A DNA stretch of 64,000 bases. Source: Isosphaeraceae bacterium. Its GTDB lineage: Bacteria; Planctomycetota; Planctomycetia; Isosphaerales; Isosphaeraceae. The stretch spans positions 62,001 to 126,000 of the forward strand of contig CBDAVP010000008.1 in assembly GCA_965201075.1 (NCBI GenBank), given 5' to 3'. The notes beneath the pieces were generated by a model that was given only the letters and a program-made list of their open reading frames with translations, was not told the DNA's origin and did no database searches. Positions 1 through 10,125 of the stretch are shown here, in pieces (position 1 is the first letter of the stretch; each line of letters begins with the position of its first letter). A program made the translations under genes and the position numbers.

Positions 1-108
1 CGCCAGGACCGTTAGCCCCAGCAGGAGGCACGCGGTCGCGACTCGCCGAAGCCGGCGCAAACCCAGATCCCTGTTAGCATTTCCGGTTCCATCCGGCCCT
101 CGGCCCAC
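1..108 (-). CDS. N-terminus of a probable secreted/membrane protein, running off the left edge (partial)
   Basis: GTG at 108-106 with GGAGG 7 nt upstream; frame open to base 1 reads MGRGPDGTGNANRDLGLRRLRRVATACLLLGLTVLA (basic stretch then hydrophobic core, signal-peptide-like). Not in the ORF track. Confidence 0.55.
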   Translation of the reverse strand, partial: MGRGPDGTGNANRDLGLRRLRRVATACLLLGLTVLA

Positions 109-319
109 GGCCGTTCCTCCCCGATTCCCAACCCGGCGGGGGCGACGCGGGCCCACTCTACTCGCCAATTCCCCTTCGGTCGAGGTCGCCCCAGATCCTC
201 CGGTCCATTCGCGAGCCGTTCCCCCGTTTGCGGCCGGCGACGGCGCATCGTAGACTACGAAGACCGGGGAAGGCGTTCCCCCGCTGTTCCCCGCGGCTCC
301 CGTTGATTGACGCCCGACC

Positions 320-2029
320 ATGACCCCGCTCGGCACTCATCCCGACCCGTCCACCGGCGACCTCCCGGTCGTCCCGACGACAGGCGATCTGGCGGGGCCG
401 ACCTCAATGGCTGGGGCGGTCCTGGGAGACTTCCGCGTCGAGCGGCTCCTCGGTCGCGGCGGGATGGGCGAAGTCTACCTCGCTCACCAGATCAGCCTGG
501 GACGGCCAGTCGCCCTGAAAGTCGTGCGTCCCGACTCCTTCACCGACCGACCTGGCCTCCTCCGGTTCGAAGCCGAGGCCGCCACCGCCGCCCAACTGAA
601 CCACCCCAACATCGTTCACATCTACGCCGTGGGCGGGCAGGGTCGTGCCCGCTACATTGCGATGGAATACGTCCCCGGGTGGACCCTGCGGGCCTACCTC
701 GAACGCAAAGGCCAGCCCGACCTTCGTCTGGCTTTCTCCATCATGAGACAGGCGACGCTGGCCGTCGGCGCCGCGGGCGAGGTCGGCCTCGTTCACCGCG
801 ACATCAAGCCCGAGAACCTGCTTTTGACTCGCAAGGGGGTCGTCAAGGTCGCCGACTTCGGCCTCTGCCGCCCCCAAGGAGCCTCCCGACCCGACACAAC
901 CCAGGCGGGCCTGGCCGTCGGAACCCCTCAATACATGAGCCCCGAACAGGTCCAGGGCCTACCCCTCGACCACCGCAGCGACCTCTACTCCCTGGGCGTC
1001 ACCTTCTACCAGATGCTCGCCGGGGTCCTCCCCTTCCCCGGCCAGTCCCCCCTGGCCGTGGCCCTCAAGCACGTCCACGAGCAGCCGACCGACCTCGCCG
1101 TCCACCGCCCCGATCTGTCCCCGGAACTCATCCGACTCGTGAAGAAGCTCCTGGCCAAGGATCCCGCCGACCGCCATTCCAACGCCGACGCCCTGCTGGT
1201 CGACCTGGCCAGGGCTCGCGACGCGACGCTCGGCCGGGGCGGGACCGACACCCTGGGCCTCTCAACCCGGGGCGAGCCCTCGGCCTCGGGAACCTTTGGC
1301 CTGTCCCTGGTGCTCGACGACCCGCTCCCGATACTCCGCCCCGTTGTCAGTCATGCCCCCGGTCGCGCCCGGTCCCTTGTTCCCTCGGCGGCGGTTGCCA
1401 TCGCTGGAGGCCTCGTCCTGGGGGTCGTCCTGGGCTGGCTGGGAAGGGGGGAAGACCTTCTTTCCGACGCCTCGGCGGCCTCAACCGGTCCCCCCGGCGC
1501 CTGGATGGCCCCCAACCTGGCCGCCATCCGCCACCGGGGGACCGCCGAAGCTCAATATCGCTTCGCGCAACTGGAAGCCCCGCCGGCCGACCGACTCGCG
1601 GCCTTCCTGGCGATTCCGACGCGATTCCCAGAACAAAAAGACCACGACTGGGTTTTCCTCGCTTACATCCAGGTGGTGCGGCATCTGGTCCGGACCGACG
1701 ATCGCGACCGTCTCGCCGTCCTCGCCGCGGAACTGGCTCGCGACGGTCCCGAGGACGAGCGGTTTCTGGCCAAGGTTGCCCATGCCGGCGTCGCGGCGAT
1801 CAACGGCCAGGCGGCCGAGGTCCACGCGACCCTCGGCCCGTTGACCTCCACCTGCCGGTCGGCCCCCCCCCTGGCCACCTTGGCTCTGGAAGTGACCCGG
1901 CGGGCAATGCGGCCCGAACCGGGAAAGCTCGCCCCCGCGATCGACCTTTCCGGCCTGGCCCGTTCCCTCTCCGAGGACATGCAACTGCCCGCCGCCGCGT
2001 CACTCCGCCGCTTGGCCCGTCCTGGCTGA
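320..2029 (+). CDS. Membrane-anchored Hanks-type Ser/Thr protein kinase
   Basis: LGRGGMGEVY, VALK, HRDIKPEN, DFG and GTPQYMSPE motifs; TM segment AVAIAGGLVLGVVLGWL followed by a helical C-terminal domain. Confidence 0.95.
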   Translation: MTPLGTHPDPSTGDLPVVPTTGDLAGPTSMAGAVLGDFRVERLLGRGGMGEVYLAHQISLGRPVALKVVRPDSFTDRPGLLRFEAEAATAAQLNHPNIVHIYAVGGQGRARYIAMEYVPGWTLRAYLERKGQPDLRLAFSIMRQATLAVGAAGEVGLVHRDIKPENLLLTRKGVVKVADFGLCRPQGASRPDTTQAGLAVGTPQYMSPEQVQGLPLDHRSDLYSLGVTFYQMLAGVLPFPGQSPLAVALKHVHEQPTDLAVHRPDLSPELIRLVKKLLAKDPADRHSNADALLVDLARARDATLGRGGTDTLGLSTRGEPSASGTFGLSLVLDDPLPILRPVVSHAPGRARSLVPSAAVAIAGGLVLGVVLGWLGRGEDLLSDASAASTGPPGAWMAPNLAAIRHRGTAEAQYRFAQLEAPPADRLAAFLAIPTRFPEQKDHDWVFLAYIQVVRHLVRTDDRDRLAVLAAELARDGPEDERFLAKVAHAGVAAINGQAAEVHATLGPLTSTCRSAPPLATLALEVTRRAMRPEPGKLAPAIDLSGLARSLSEDMQLPAAASLRRLARPG

Positions 2030-2114
2030 GCCCACGCAACGCAACCGCCGCGTCCCGGTACTTACGATTACGACCGCCAACCCACCAGCGGCCTCGCTCC
2101 CCGGAGCCCCGAGC

Positions 2115-3818
2115 ATGCCGTTCCTGAAAAAACTCAGCGGGACACCCCCTGGTCAGTTCATCGAACTCAAGGGCGACCTGATCGTCATCGGCCGTTCTCC
2201 CGAGTGCGACATTATCCTCGACCCCCACGGCGTCAGCCGTCGCCACGCCGAGATCCGCCTCCAGGCCGACGGCTATGTCCTGGCCGACCTCCGCTCCCGC
2301 AATAAGACCAAGGTCAACACCAAGGAAATCCCCCCGGGACAGGTCCACGCCCTGCGCCCCGGCGACCGCATCAACATCTGCGACGTCGAATTTCTCTACA
2401 CTCCCAACCTCCCCACCCGACCCGCCCGCACCGCCACTCAGGAAATGATCGTCACCGAGGGCGGCGCCGAGGACTCGGCGCTCAAGGTCCTGGACGCCTC
2501 CCGCTTCGGCCTGGGCACCCTCACCGTGCGACCCGAAGCCAAACTCCAGGCCATCCTGGAGATTACCCGCAACCTGTCCCGCGACCTCAACATCGACACC
2601 GTGGCTCCCAAGGTCCTGGAAACCCTCTTCGAGCTTTTCGCTCGCGCCGAGCGGGCGTTCCTGATCCTCAAGGACGTCGAATCCGGTCGCCTCGTCCGCA
2701 AGGCGTTCAAGCACCGCAACCAGCGCACCCCTCGCCTCGGCCTGGGAGGCTCGGCCTCCGCCGACGACGAGGTGCCGATGAGCATCAGCCGCACCATCGT
2801 CAACCACGTCCTGGAACGCAAGGAAGCCGTCATCAGCCAGGACGCCGGCCACGACCCCAACCTTCCCCTCAGCGCCTCGATCGCCGACCTGAAAATCCGC
2901 TCGATCATGTGCGCCCCACTGCTGACCCCCGACGGTCAGGCCCTGGGCATCCTCCAGCTCGACACCGCCGACCGCCGTCAATTCCAGCAAGAAGACCTTG
3001 ACCTGATGGCCGCCGTCGCCTGCCAGGCCGCCGCCTTCATCCAGAACGCCGCGATGCACGAGGGACTTCTCGCCCGGGACCGCATCGACCGCGACCTTCG
3101 CCTGGCCGAGCAGGTCCAGAAGCGGTTCCTCCCGCTGGATGTCCCGCGAGTTCCCGGCTACGAGTTCTTCGCCTACTACAACTCCGCCTACGAGATCGGC
3201 GGCGACTTCTACGATTTCGTCAACCTCCCCCACGGCCGACTCGCCATCACCCTGGGAGACGTCGCCGGCAAGGGGGTCGCCGCGGCGCTCATGATGGCCA
3301 AGTTCTCCGGAGACGCTCGCTTCTGCATCCTGACCGAAAACGCCCCCGGACCCGCCGCCGACCACCTCAACAACCTTCTCTGGGCCGCGGGCTTCGAGGA
3401 GAAATTCATCACCCTGACCCTGGGCATCCTCGACCCGGCCACGCACCGCTACACCCTCGCCTCGGCCGGCCACCTGCCGCTGTTGGTCCGTCGCGCCTCG
3501 GGCAAGGTGGAAGAGATCGGCAACGACATCGCCGGCTTTCCCCTGGGCATTCAGCCCGATTCCTGCTACGCACAGGCCGAAACCACCCTGGCCCCCGGAG
3601 ACGTCGCCGTCCTCTACTCCGACGGCGTGACCGACGCCCGAAACCCCTCCGAATCGCTCTACGACTGCACCGAGAACCGTCGGCTGATCCGCCGAATCGC
3701 CGCGTCAGCGGGCGGACCCGAGGCTGTCGGCCGAGCCCTCCTCCAGGAACTTCGCGAATTTGCCGCCGGCCACCCCCAGGCCGACGACATCACCCTCGTC
3801 TGCTTCGGGCCCGTCTGA
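2115..3818 (+). CDS. FHA-GAF-SpoIIE (PP2C-family) protein phosphatase
   Basis: FHA (IGR..., VSRRHA, SRN), GAF (IRSIMCAPL...GILQLD), PP2C motifs GGDFYD, GDVAGKG, YSDGV, DDITL. Confidence 0.93.
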   Translation: MPFLKKLSGTPPGQFIELKGDLIVIGRSPECDIILDPHGVSRRHAEIRLQADGYVLADLRSRNKTKVNTKEIPPGQVHALRPGDRINICDVEFLYTPNLPTRPARTATQEMIVTEGGAEDSALKVLDASRFGLGTLTVRPEAKLQAILEITRNLSRDLNIDTVAPKVLETLFELFARAERAFLILKDVESGRLVRKAFKHRNQRTPRLGLGGSASADDEVPMSISRTIVNHVLERKEAVISQDAGHDPNLPLSASIADLKIRSIMCAPLLTPDGQALGILQLDTADRRQFQQEDLDLMAAVACQAAAFIQNAAMHEGLLARDRIDRDLRLAEQVQKRFLPLDVPRVPGYEFFAYYNSAYEIGGDFYDFVNLPHGRLAITLGDVAGKGVAAALMMAKFSGDARFCILTENAPGPAADHLNNLLWAAGFEEKFITLTLGILDPATHRYTLASAGHLPLLVRRASGKVEEIGNDIAGFPLGIQPDSCYAQAETTLAPGDVAVLYSDGVTDARNPSESLYDCTENRRLIRRIAASAGGPEAVGRALLQELREFAAGHPQADDITLVCFGPV

Positions 3819-3842
3819 GTCATCGAAGGGAAGGACTCCAGC

Positions 3843-4439
3843 ATGGCCACGGCCTCTCGGACGAATCGAGGACTGAAATTCTACCGATTCACGGTCCGGC
3901 AATTCGCCAAGATGGTTGATGACGGTTATTTCGCCAACGGTCCTCGAGTGGAACTGTTGGGGGGCCGGATCGTCCAGAGCATGACCAAGAATGAACCGCA
4001 CTGTTTCGCCGTCGGCGAGTTGTCCGAATGTCTACGCCGGATCATTCCCCCGGGCTGGTCGGTCCGCGAGGAAAAACCGGTTGTCCTGGACGATTATTGG
4101 CGACCGGAGCCCGACCTCGCGGTGGCTCGGGGACAAAATCAAAACTACAAGCTCCGATTCCCACAAGCCGAGGAACTCGGTTTAATCATCGAAGTCGCCG
4201 ATACGTCCTATGTGAAGGACAGCGAATTGATGAAGCGACGCTATGCCCTTGCGGGCATTGCGACCTATTGGATTGTGAACATCCGCCAGCGACGTATCGA
4301 GGTTTTCACGAATCCCGCGGACCAAGAGAATCCCGCGGCCTATCGGACGGTCGCGGAATACCAGGTTGGTCAAGACGTCCCGGTCATCCTGGTCGGAGTC
4401 GAAGTCGGCCGAATCCCCGTGGCCAGCATTCTCCCGTGA
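3843..4439 (+). CDS. Uma2-family PD-(D/E)xK endonuclease
   Basis: RVELLGG, PEPDLAV, IIEVAD, KRRYALAGIATYWIVN. Confidence 0.9.
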   Translation: MATASRTNRGLKFYRFTVRQFAKMVDDGYFANGPRVELLGGRIVQSMTKNEPHCFAVGELSECLRRIIPPGWSVREEKPVVLDDYWRPEPDLAVARGQNQNYKLRFPQAEELGLIIEVADTSYVKDSELMKRRYALAGIATYWIVNIRQRRIEVFTNPADQENPAAYRTVAEYQVGQDVPVILVGVEVGRIPVASILP

Positions 4440-6325
4440 CACGACCGTCCGCCCGAGCCATCCGGGTCGACATCCTCTGGGCTTCGGGAATCTTCCTCCT
4501 CGGGCTGGCCCTCCGCCTGGCCGTCGCTCACGCTTACGGCTCCCACCCCCTCGGACAAATCGCCTGGGTCGACGAGGAGGCCTACCGGGCATGGGCCTGG
4601 CGAATCGCCAATGGCCAACTTCTGCCCGACCGCCCCTTTTTCCAGGACCCGCTGCTCGCCTACCTGATCGCGGCCTTGATGCAACTGCTCGGCACCACCG
4701 AGGTCGCCTCCTTACGGCTGGCCCTGGCCGTGATCGGCTCGCTCACGCCGGTCGTCACGTTCATCGCCGGACAAGTCGGTTTCAACAAAGCCGCCGCAAT
4801 CGTTGCCTCGCTCATCGTCGCCTTGTATGGTCCCCTCGTCTTCGCCGACGCCTGCCTCGAAAAGGAAGGCCCCGCGGCACTTCTGACCGCCACGGCGCTG
4901 ACCTTGACGATGCTTTCCGCAAGATCATCCCGAAGGCTTCCAACCGCCGCCCTCGCCGGCGCGGCCTGGGGACTTCTCGCCCTGCTCCGCGCCAACGCCC
5001 TGGCTGTTGCCCCCATCCTCGCGGGAATCCTGGCGTTCGCCAAGGCACGCGACCAACCCCGACGCTCACGATGGTCCCTTGCCGGGACATTTCTCGCGGG
5101 ATTCGCCCTGGCCCTCGCCCCGGTAAGCCTCCTCAACGCGACCGCCTCGCGCCCAAGGGAGTTCATCCTGACCACCTGGCAAGCTGGGGCGAACTTCTTC
5201 ATCGGCAACGGCCCCGAGGCCAACGGCACCTACCTCGCGCCCCCCTTCGTCGAGGCCAACCCCAACCGAGAGGCCGATGACTTCCTCAACGAAGCCCGCC
5301 GACGCACGGGACACAACCTCAGCGATTCCGAATCTTCGCAATACTGGTTCCGACAGGGACTTCAACGATGGACGACCCACCCCTCGGCGTCGTTCCGCCT
5401 CCTGGTCCACAAATTCGCATTGCTGCTGCACCGAACCGAAATTCCCGACAACCAGGACGCCGAGGTCGTCCGCATCGCCGCCGCTCCCATTCTGGGCGGG
5501 GCCTTTCTCCATTTCGGTCTCTTGCTTCCCCTGGCGGCCATCGGCCTGGGCCATTCCCCCCGCACGGTCCCCTGGCGAATCCTGGGAGTTACAGTCGCGG
5601 TCGGGCTCGGCTCAACGGCTCTGTTCTTCGTCGTGGGCCGCTACCGACTCCCCTGGATTCCCCCGCTTGCCCTCCTCGCCGGAGTGGGGGCCGTGGATCT
5701 GCTCACTCTGGCGAAAACCCGAAGATGGGGAGGACTAGCCTGGCGACTCGGCCTCCTCGGCGCACCCGCCGCGTTTCTGGCCTGGCATCCAACGCCCGAC
5801 CCCGCTCCCGACCGCTGGGGCCACGCCCAGATCGGCCTGGCCTCGGCGTATCTCGCCACCGGAGAACTCGACCCGGCCATTGACGCCCTCGACGACGCCT
5901 CGGCCCTCGGCCCCGGGGTCGCCGCCCGGGTTGCCGAGCTTTGCCGATCCAGCGCCCTTCACGACCAGATCGCCCGCCTCGCCCGACCCTCGCGGAATAC
6001 GCCTCCCGACCCACTCCGAAGGGCCCGCCACCTCCGGCACCTGCCCGAATTTCGCCAGGAATGCGGCGAAATGCTCAAACTCGAACGCTACCTCCACCCC
6101 GAAGCGGCCGAACCCCTCCTCGAACTCGCTGCCTGGTCGCTGGGCCAGCCCAACGCCGCCGACGCCCGACGCGACGCCCAAGCCTGGCTCGCTCGCCCCA
6201 GCCTCCAATCCCCCCTCAAAGCCCTCCTGAGTAACGACCTTCGCGACCTCCCGCCGGCCCTCCCCGACGACGACCTCGCAAGGACCACCCGGTTGCGACT
6301 CGCGCGGGCCAGCCTCAACCGATAG
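4436..6325 (+). CDS. GT-C (GT39/ArnT-PMT-like) membrane glycosyltransferase with a C-terminal TPR-like region
   Basis: GTG start overlaps the Uma2 stop (GTGA); VDEEAY acidic motif after TM1, many TM helices, NFFIGNGPEANG, RYRLP. The ORF-track N-terminal extension from 4028 is probably not coding. Confidence 0.8.
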   Translation: MTRPSARAIRVDILWASGIFLLGLALRLAVAHAYGSHPLGQIAWVDEEAYRAWAWRIANGQLLPDRPFFQDPLLAYLIAALMQLLGTTEVASLRLALAVIGSLTPVVTFIAGQVGFNKAAAIVASLIVALYGPLVFADACLEKEGPAALLTATALTLTMLSARSSRRLPTAALAGAAWGLLALLRANALAVAPILAGILAFAKARDQPRRSRWSLAGTFLAGFALALAPVSLLNATASRPREFILTTWQAGANFFIGNGPEANGTYLAPPFVEANPNREADDFLNEARRRTGHNLSDSESSQYWFRQGLQRWTTHPSASFRLLVHKFALLLHRTEIPDNQDAEVVRIAAAPILGGAFLHFGLLLPLAAIGLGHSPRTVPWRILGVTVAVGLGSTALFFVVGRYRLPWIPPLALLAGVGAVDLLTLAKTRRWGGLAWRLGLLGAPAAFLAWHPTPDPAPDRWGHAQIGLASAYLATGELDPAIDALDDASALGPGVAARVAELCRSSALHDQIARLARPSRNTPPDPLRRARHLRHLPEFRQECGEMLKLERYLHPEAAEPLLELAAWSLGQPNAADARRDAQAWLARPSLQSPLKALLSNDLRDLPPALPDDDLARTTRLRLARASLNR

Positions 6326-6397
6326 CCGACCGCGGGCTCGGCTCGCTACAATGCGTTCTCCAACCTGAAATTCCCGATCCCCCCGAACCTCCGTCCC

Positions 6398-8002
6398 ATG
6401 CCCCTGAAGATCGCCAACATCCAGCTCGGCCTCGACGAGCCCGAGGAGTCGCTGCCCGAAAAGCTCGCCGACCGGCTCGGAGTGACCCGAGACGACATCG
6501 GCCACTGGCGAATCCTCCGCAAAAGCCTCGACGCCCGCCGACGAGATGAGATCCGCTTCGTCTACGCCGCCGAGGTCGAGCTACCCGGTGCCGACGAAAC
6601 CGCCCTCGCCGCCCGCCTCGGCCTCCCCGAGGTCCGCCCTTCCGCCGCCGATCCGTTCGACTGGCCCACCCCCGGCGACCAGCCGCTCCACCACCGGCCG
6701 GTCATTATCGGCTCGGGGCCCGCCGGACTGTTCGCGGCCTATTTCCTGGCCCTCGACGGCTACGCCCCCCTGCTTCTGGAACGCGGGCGAGACGTCAAGG
6801 GGCGAGTCGCCGACGTCCGCGCCTTTGACTCCGGCGGCCCGATCGACCCCGAAAGCAATTACCTCTTCGGCGAGGGCGGCGCCGGCACCTTCAGCGACGG
6901 CAAGTTGACCTGCCGCAACACCGGCCCCGACGTCCGCCGCACCCTGGAAGTCCTCGCCGACTGCCACGGCAAGCCATCCATCCTCTACGAACACCGCCCC
7001 CACCTCGGCTCCAACCGCCTCCCGTTGATCGTCCGCACCCTGCGCCGCAAGGTCGAGGAACTCGGCGGCGAGGTCCGCTTCCTCTGCCGGGTCGAAGACC
7101 TGGACATCCGCGAAGGGCAACTCGCCGGGGTCCTGACCAGTTCAGGCCGATTCCCGGCCGACGTCGCCATCCTCGCCGCTGGCCATAGCGCCCGCGACAC
7201 TTACCAGATGCTCTTGAGACGAGGCATCCCCCTGGAGGCCAAGGCGTTCCAGCTCGGCGTCAGGATCGAGCAGCCCCAGGAACAGGTCAACCGCGCCCGC
7301 CACGGCCCCTTCGCCAACCACCCCTCACTGGGCGCGGCCGACTATGAACTGGTGACGCGGACTGGCCCCCGAGACCTCTTCACCTTCTGCATGTGCGCCG
7401 GCGGCTACGTCATGGGCAGCGTCAGTGAGCCGGGGTATTTCTGCACCAACGGGATGAGCGAAAGCCGCCACGACTCCCCCTTCGCCAACAGCGGCCTCGT
7501 CGTGACGATCGACCCGGCCGACACCGGCAGCCGCCACCCCCTGGCTGGCGTCCACTTCCAGCAAAAGGCCGAGCGCCTGGCGTTCCTCGCTGGAGGCCGC
7601 GCCTACGCCTCGCCGATCCAGAGAGCCCGCGACTTCCTCCAGGGGCGAGCCAGCCGAGGCGTCATCCCCTCCAGCTACGCCCGAGGCGTCACGCCGATGG
7701 ACCTGGGCGAAATTCTCCCCCCGATCGTCCTGGAAGCCCTGACCCGCGGACTTCCCGCGCTCGACCGCCAGTTTCGCGGCCTCTTTCTCCAGGACGCCAC
7801 CCTCACCGGCCCCGAGTCTCGCGGCAGTTCCCCCGTCCGCATCCCCCGAGACGACGCCACCCGCCAATCCCCCGCCGTCGCTGGCCTTTACCCCTGCGGA
7901 GAAGGGGCCGGCTACGCGGGGGGAATCATCAGCGCCGCGGTCGACGGACTGCGAACCGCTCGCGCCGTGGTCGCTCGCCACGCCCGCCCCTCTGGAGCGT
8001 AA
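6398..8002 (+). CDS. NAD(P)/FAD-dependent oxidoreductase (uncharacterised FAD dehydrogenase, COG2509-like)
   Basis: VIIGSGPAG, FGEGGAGTFSDGKL, FCMCAGG, YPCGEGAGYAGGIISAAVDG. Confidence 0.9.
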   Translation: MPLKIANIQLGLDEPEESLPEKLADRLGVTRDDIGHWRILRKSLDARRRDEIRFVYAAEVELPGADETALAARLGLPEVRPSAADPFDWPTPGDQPLHHRPVIIGSGPAGLFAAYFLALDGYAPLLLERGRDVKGRVADVRAFDSGGPIDPESNYLFGEGGAGTFSDGKLTCRNTGPDVRRTLEVLADCHGKPSILYEHRPHLGSNRLPLIVRTLRRKVEELGGEVRFLCRVEDLDIREGQLAGVLTSSGRFPADVAILAAGHSARDTYQMLLRRGIPLEAKAFQLGVRIEQPQEQVNRARHGPFANHPSLGAADYELVTRTGPRDLFTFCMCAGGYVMGSVSEPGYFCTNGMSESRHDSPFANSGLVVTIDPADTGSRHPLAGVHFQQKAERLAFLAGGRAYASPIQRARDFLQGRASRGVIPSSYARGVTPMDLGEILPPIVLEALTRGLPALDRQFRGLFLQDATLTGPESRGSSPVRIPRDDATRQSPAVAGLYPCGEGAGYAGGIISAAVDGLRTARAVVARHARPSGA

Positions 8003-8006
8003 CCTT

Positions 8007-8609
8007 TTGTCTCGCTTCGTGGTTGAGCCAATCATCCTCCAGGGCCAGCGCATTCGCCTGGAACCGCTCGGGATCGAACACCGGGACGAACTGGTCAAGC
8101 TCGCCGCCGCCGATCCCAGCCTCTTCCGCTGGACTCCCAACCGAATCGACGGACCCGAGGCGGCCCAAACCTGGTCCGCCGCCGCCCTGGCCGACCGCGA
8201 CAAGGGAACGGCCCTTCCCTTCGCGACAATTGACCATTCCACAGGCAGGATCATCGGTTCCACCCGCTTCATGGCCATTGAGCGCCAGCACCTCCGCGTC
8301 GAGATCGGCGGCACCTGGCTCGCCCGCCTTTGGCAGCGGTCCGGGGCCAATCGCGAGGCGAAATTCCTCATGATGCGACACGCCTTCGAAACCTGGACCG
8401 TCCGCCGGGTCGAGTTCAAGACCCACTCCGAAAACCTCCCTTCCCGGACCGCCATTGCCCGCCTGGGCGCCATCGAGGAGGGAACCCTCCGCAAGCACAT
8501 GGTCATGGCCGACGGGTCGGCCCGCGACAGCGTCTACTTCAGCATCACCGACGACGAATGGCCGGCGGTCCGCGACGCTCTCCGAGCTGACCTCGATCGC
8601 CCCCGATAA
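8007..8609 (+). CDS. RimJ/RimL-type GNAT N-acetyltransferase
   Basis: VEIGGTW, NREAKFLM, RRVEFKT, EGTLRKH, RDSVYFSI. Confidence 0.9.
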   Translation: MSRFVVEPIILQGQRIRLEPLGIEHRDELVKLAAADPSLFRWTPNRIDGPEAAQTWSAAALADRDKGTALPFATIDHSTGRIIGSTRFMAIERQHLRVEIGGTWLARLWQRSGANREAKFLMMRHAFETWTVRRVEFKTHSENLPSRTAIARLGAIEEGTLRKHMVMADGSARDSVYFSITDDEWPAVRDALRADLDRPR

Positions 8610-8673
8610 CCCTCCATGGCCAAACCGGGCAAACCAGGTAAAATCCTCGCCGAACCATTACAGGAGGGGGACC

Positions 8674-9039
8674 ATGAGCGAACCAGCCCAGGGACGGGCG
8701 AGGCATCTTGAAGTCGTCAATGGCGACGACGACCACGACCGCGACGAGGCCCGACAACTCGACCTCCAACGCCTGGAGATCCTGACCCGGCACGAACGGG
8801 CCCAGGCCCACACGATCCGGTCCTTGAGAGCCGAACTGCATGCGGCTCACGCCCGCTCGCACGCCCATGACGAGCAAATCCGTCAGGCCCTCGGTCAGTT
8901 GATCCGCCAGCGCGACGAACTCGCCGCCCAACTCCACGCCGCCGAGGCCCGCCTGGAGCGCATCCGCCGCAGCCTGCCCGGCCGCGCCTGGAGATGGGCC
9001 AAGCGCTGCAAGGCTCGGATCGCCCGACGATCGGCGTAA
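8674..9039 (+). CDS. Small coiled-coil protein with a basic amphipathic C-terminal helix
   Basis: ATG at 8674 after a GGAGG RBS; heptad-rich helix ending RRSLPGRAWRWAKR; first gene of the glycan cluster. Confidence 0.7.
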   Translation: MSEPAQGRARHLEVVNGDDDHDRDEARQLDLQRLEILTRHERAQAHTIRSLRAELHAAHARSHAHDEQIRQALGQLIRQRDELAAQLHAAEARLERIRRSLPGRAWRWAKRCKARIARRSA

Positions 9040-9058
9040 CCCCCTGGGAGTCAACCCG

Positions 9059-10033
9059 ATGCCGGAATTCTCGATCATCATCCCCGTGTACAACCAACCG
9101 GCCCTGACCCGCCAGTGCCTCGAAACCCTTCTGAAACAACTCCCCCACGGGCCGACCGCCGAACTCATCGTGGTCGACGACGCCTCGGCCCCACCCACTC
9201 GCCGGATGCTCGACGACTATACCGACAAGGTCCAGATCGTCACCCATCTCAGGAACCAGGGCTTCGCGACCGCCTGCAACAACGGTGCGGCGGGGTCGAC
9301 CGGCGAGATCCTGCTGTTCCTGAACAACGACACGATCCCCACGGCCGGCTGGCTCGACGCCCTCTCCCTCGAAGTCCGCAACCACCCCGAGGCCCTAGCC
9401 TTCGGCGCTCGCCTGCTTTACCCCGACGGCACGGTCCAGCACGCCGGGATGGCGGTCTGCCCCGACCTCGCCTTGCGGCACATCTACGCGGGGTTTCCCG
9501 GAGACCACCCCGCCGTCAACAAACCCCGAGCCTTCCGAGCCGTCACCGGCGCCTGCCTGGCCGTCCGCCGACCCGCCTTCGACGCCGTCGGAGGCTTCGA
9601 CCCCGCCTACCGCAACGGCTTCGAGGACGTCGACCTTTGCCTCAAATTGGGCGAACAGGGCGGAACCATCCGCTACTGTCCCGATGCGGTCCTCTACCAC
9701 CTCGAGTCGGTTTCCGAGGGCCGATCCGACCGCAACGCTCAGAACGCGGCCCTCTTCCGCCAACGCTGGGCCGACCGCCTCGTCCCCGATGACTGGCTCT
9801 TTTACCTCCAGGACGGCCTGATCCGTGTCGACTACAGCCCTTCTCACCCGTTCAAGATCACCATCTCCCCCCAACTTGCCGTTGTGCGCAATCACGACGA
9901 TGACGGCCTGGGCGAGACCGAATTCCTCCTGGCCAGCCGGGCCAGGCAGGTCCACGAACTGCTCAGGGACAACATCCTGATGTCCGTCGCCGCCCTTAAC
10001 CGCGTGCCGGGCACCGATCCGCGATTGACATAA
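9059..10033 (+). CDS. Family 2 glycosyltransferase
   Basis: SIIIPVYN, VVDDAS, NQGFATACN, LNND, VTGACL, EDVDLC. Confidence 0.93.
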   Translation: MPEFSIIIPVYNQPALTRQCLETLLKQLPHGPTAELIVVDDASAPPTRRMLDDYTDKVQIVTHLRNQGFATACNNGAAGSTGEILLFLNNDTIPTAGWLDALSLEVRNHPEALAFGARLLYPDGTVQHAGMAVCPDLALRHIYAGFPGDHPAVNKPRAFRAVTGACLAVRRPAFDAVGGFDPAYRNGFEDVDLCLKLGEQGGTIRYCPDAVLYHLESVSEGRSDRNAQNAALFRQRWADRLVPDDWLFYLQDGLIRVDYSPSHPFKITISPQLAVVRNHDDDGLGETEFLLASRARQVHELLRDNILMSVAALNRVPGTDPRLT

Positions 10034-10125
10034 CTCCGTCCTCGACCTAGATTGCCGCCCGCGAACCGTCGCGGACCCGATTCCGCCCGCGCGGTCGACT
10101 CCGGCAAGGACGCCGGGAGGCGAGG

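Noticed and set aside
307..3473. Long alternative-frame ORFs (307-2127 +, 1800-3473 -) and similar ones across the window (e.g. 26965-29118, 30145-31887, 61614-63419)
   Set aside because: Arg/Pro/Gly-rich or antisense shadows expected at this GC content; each overlaps a gene with clear family motifs
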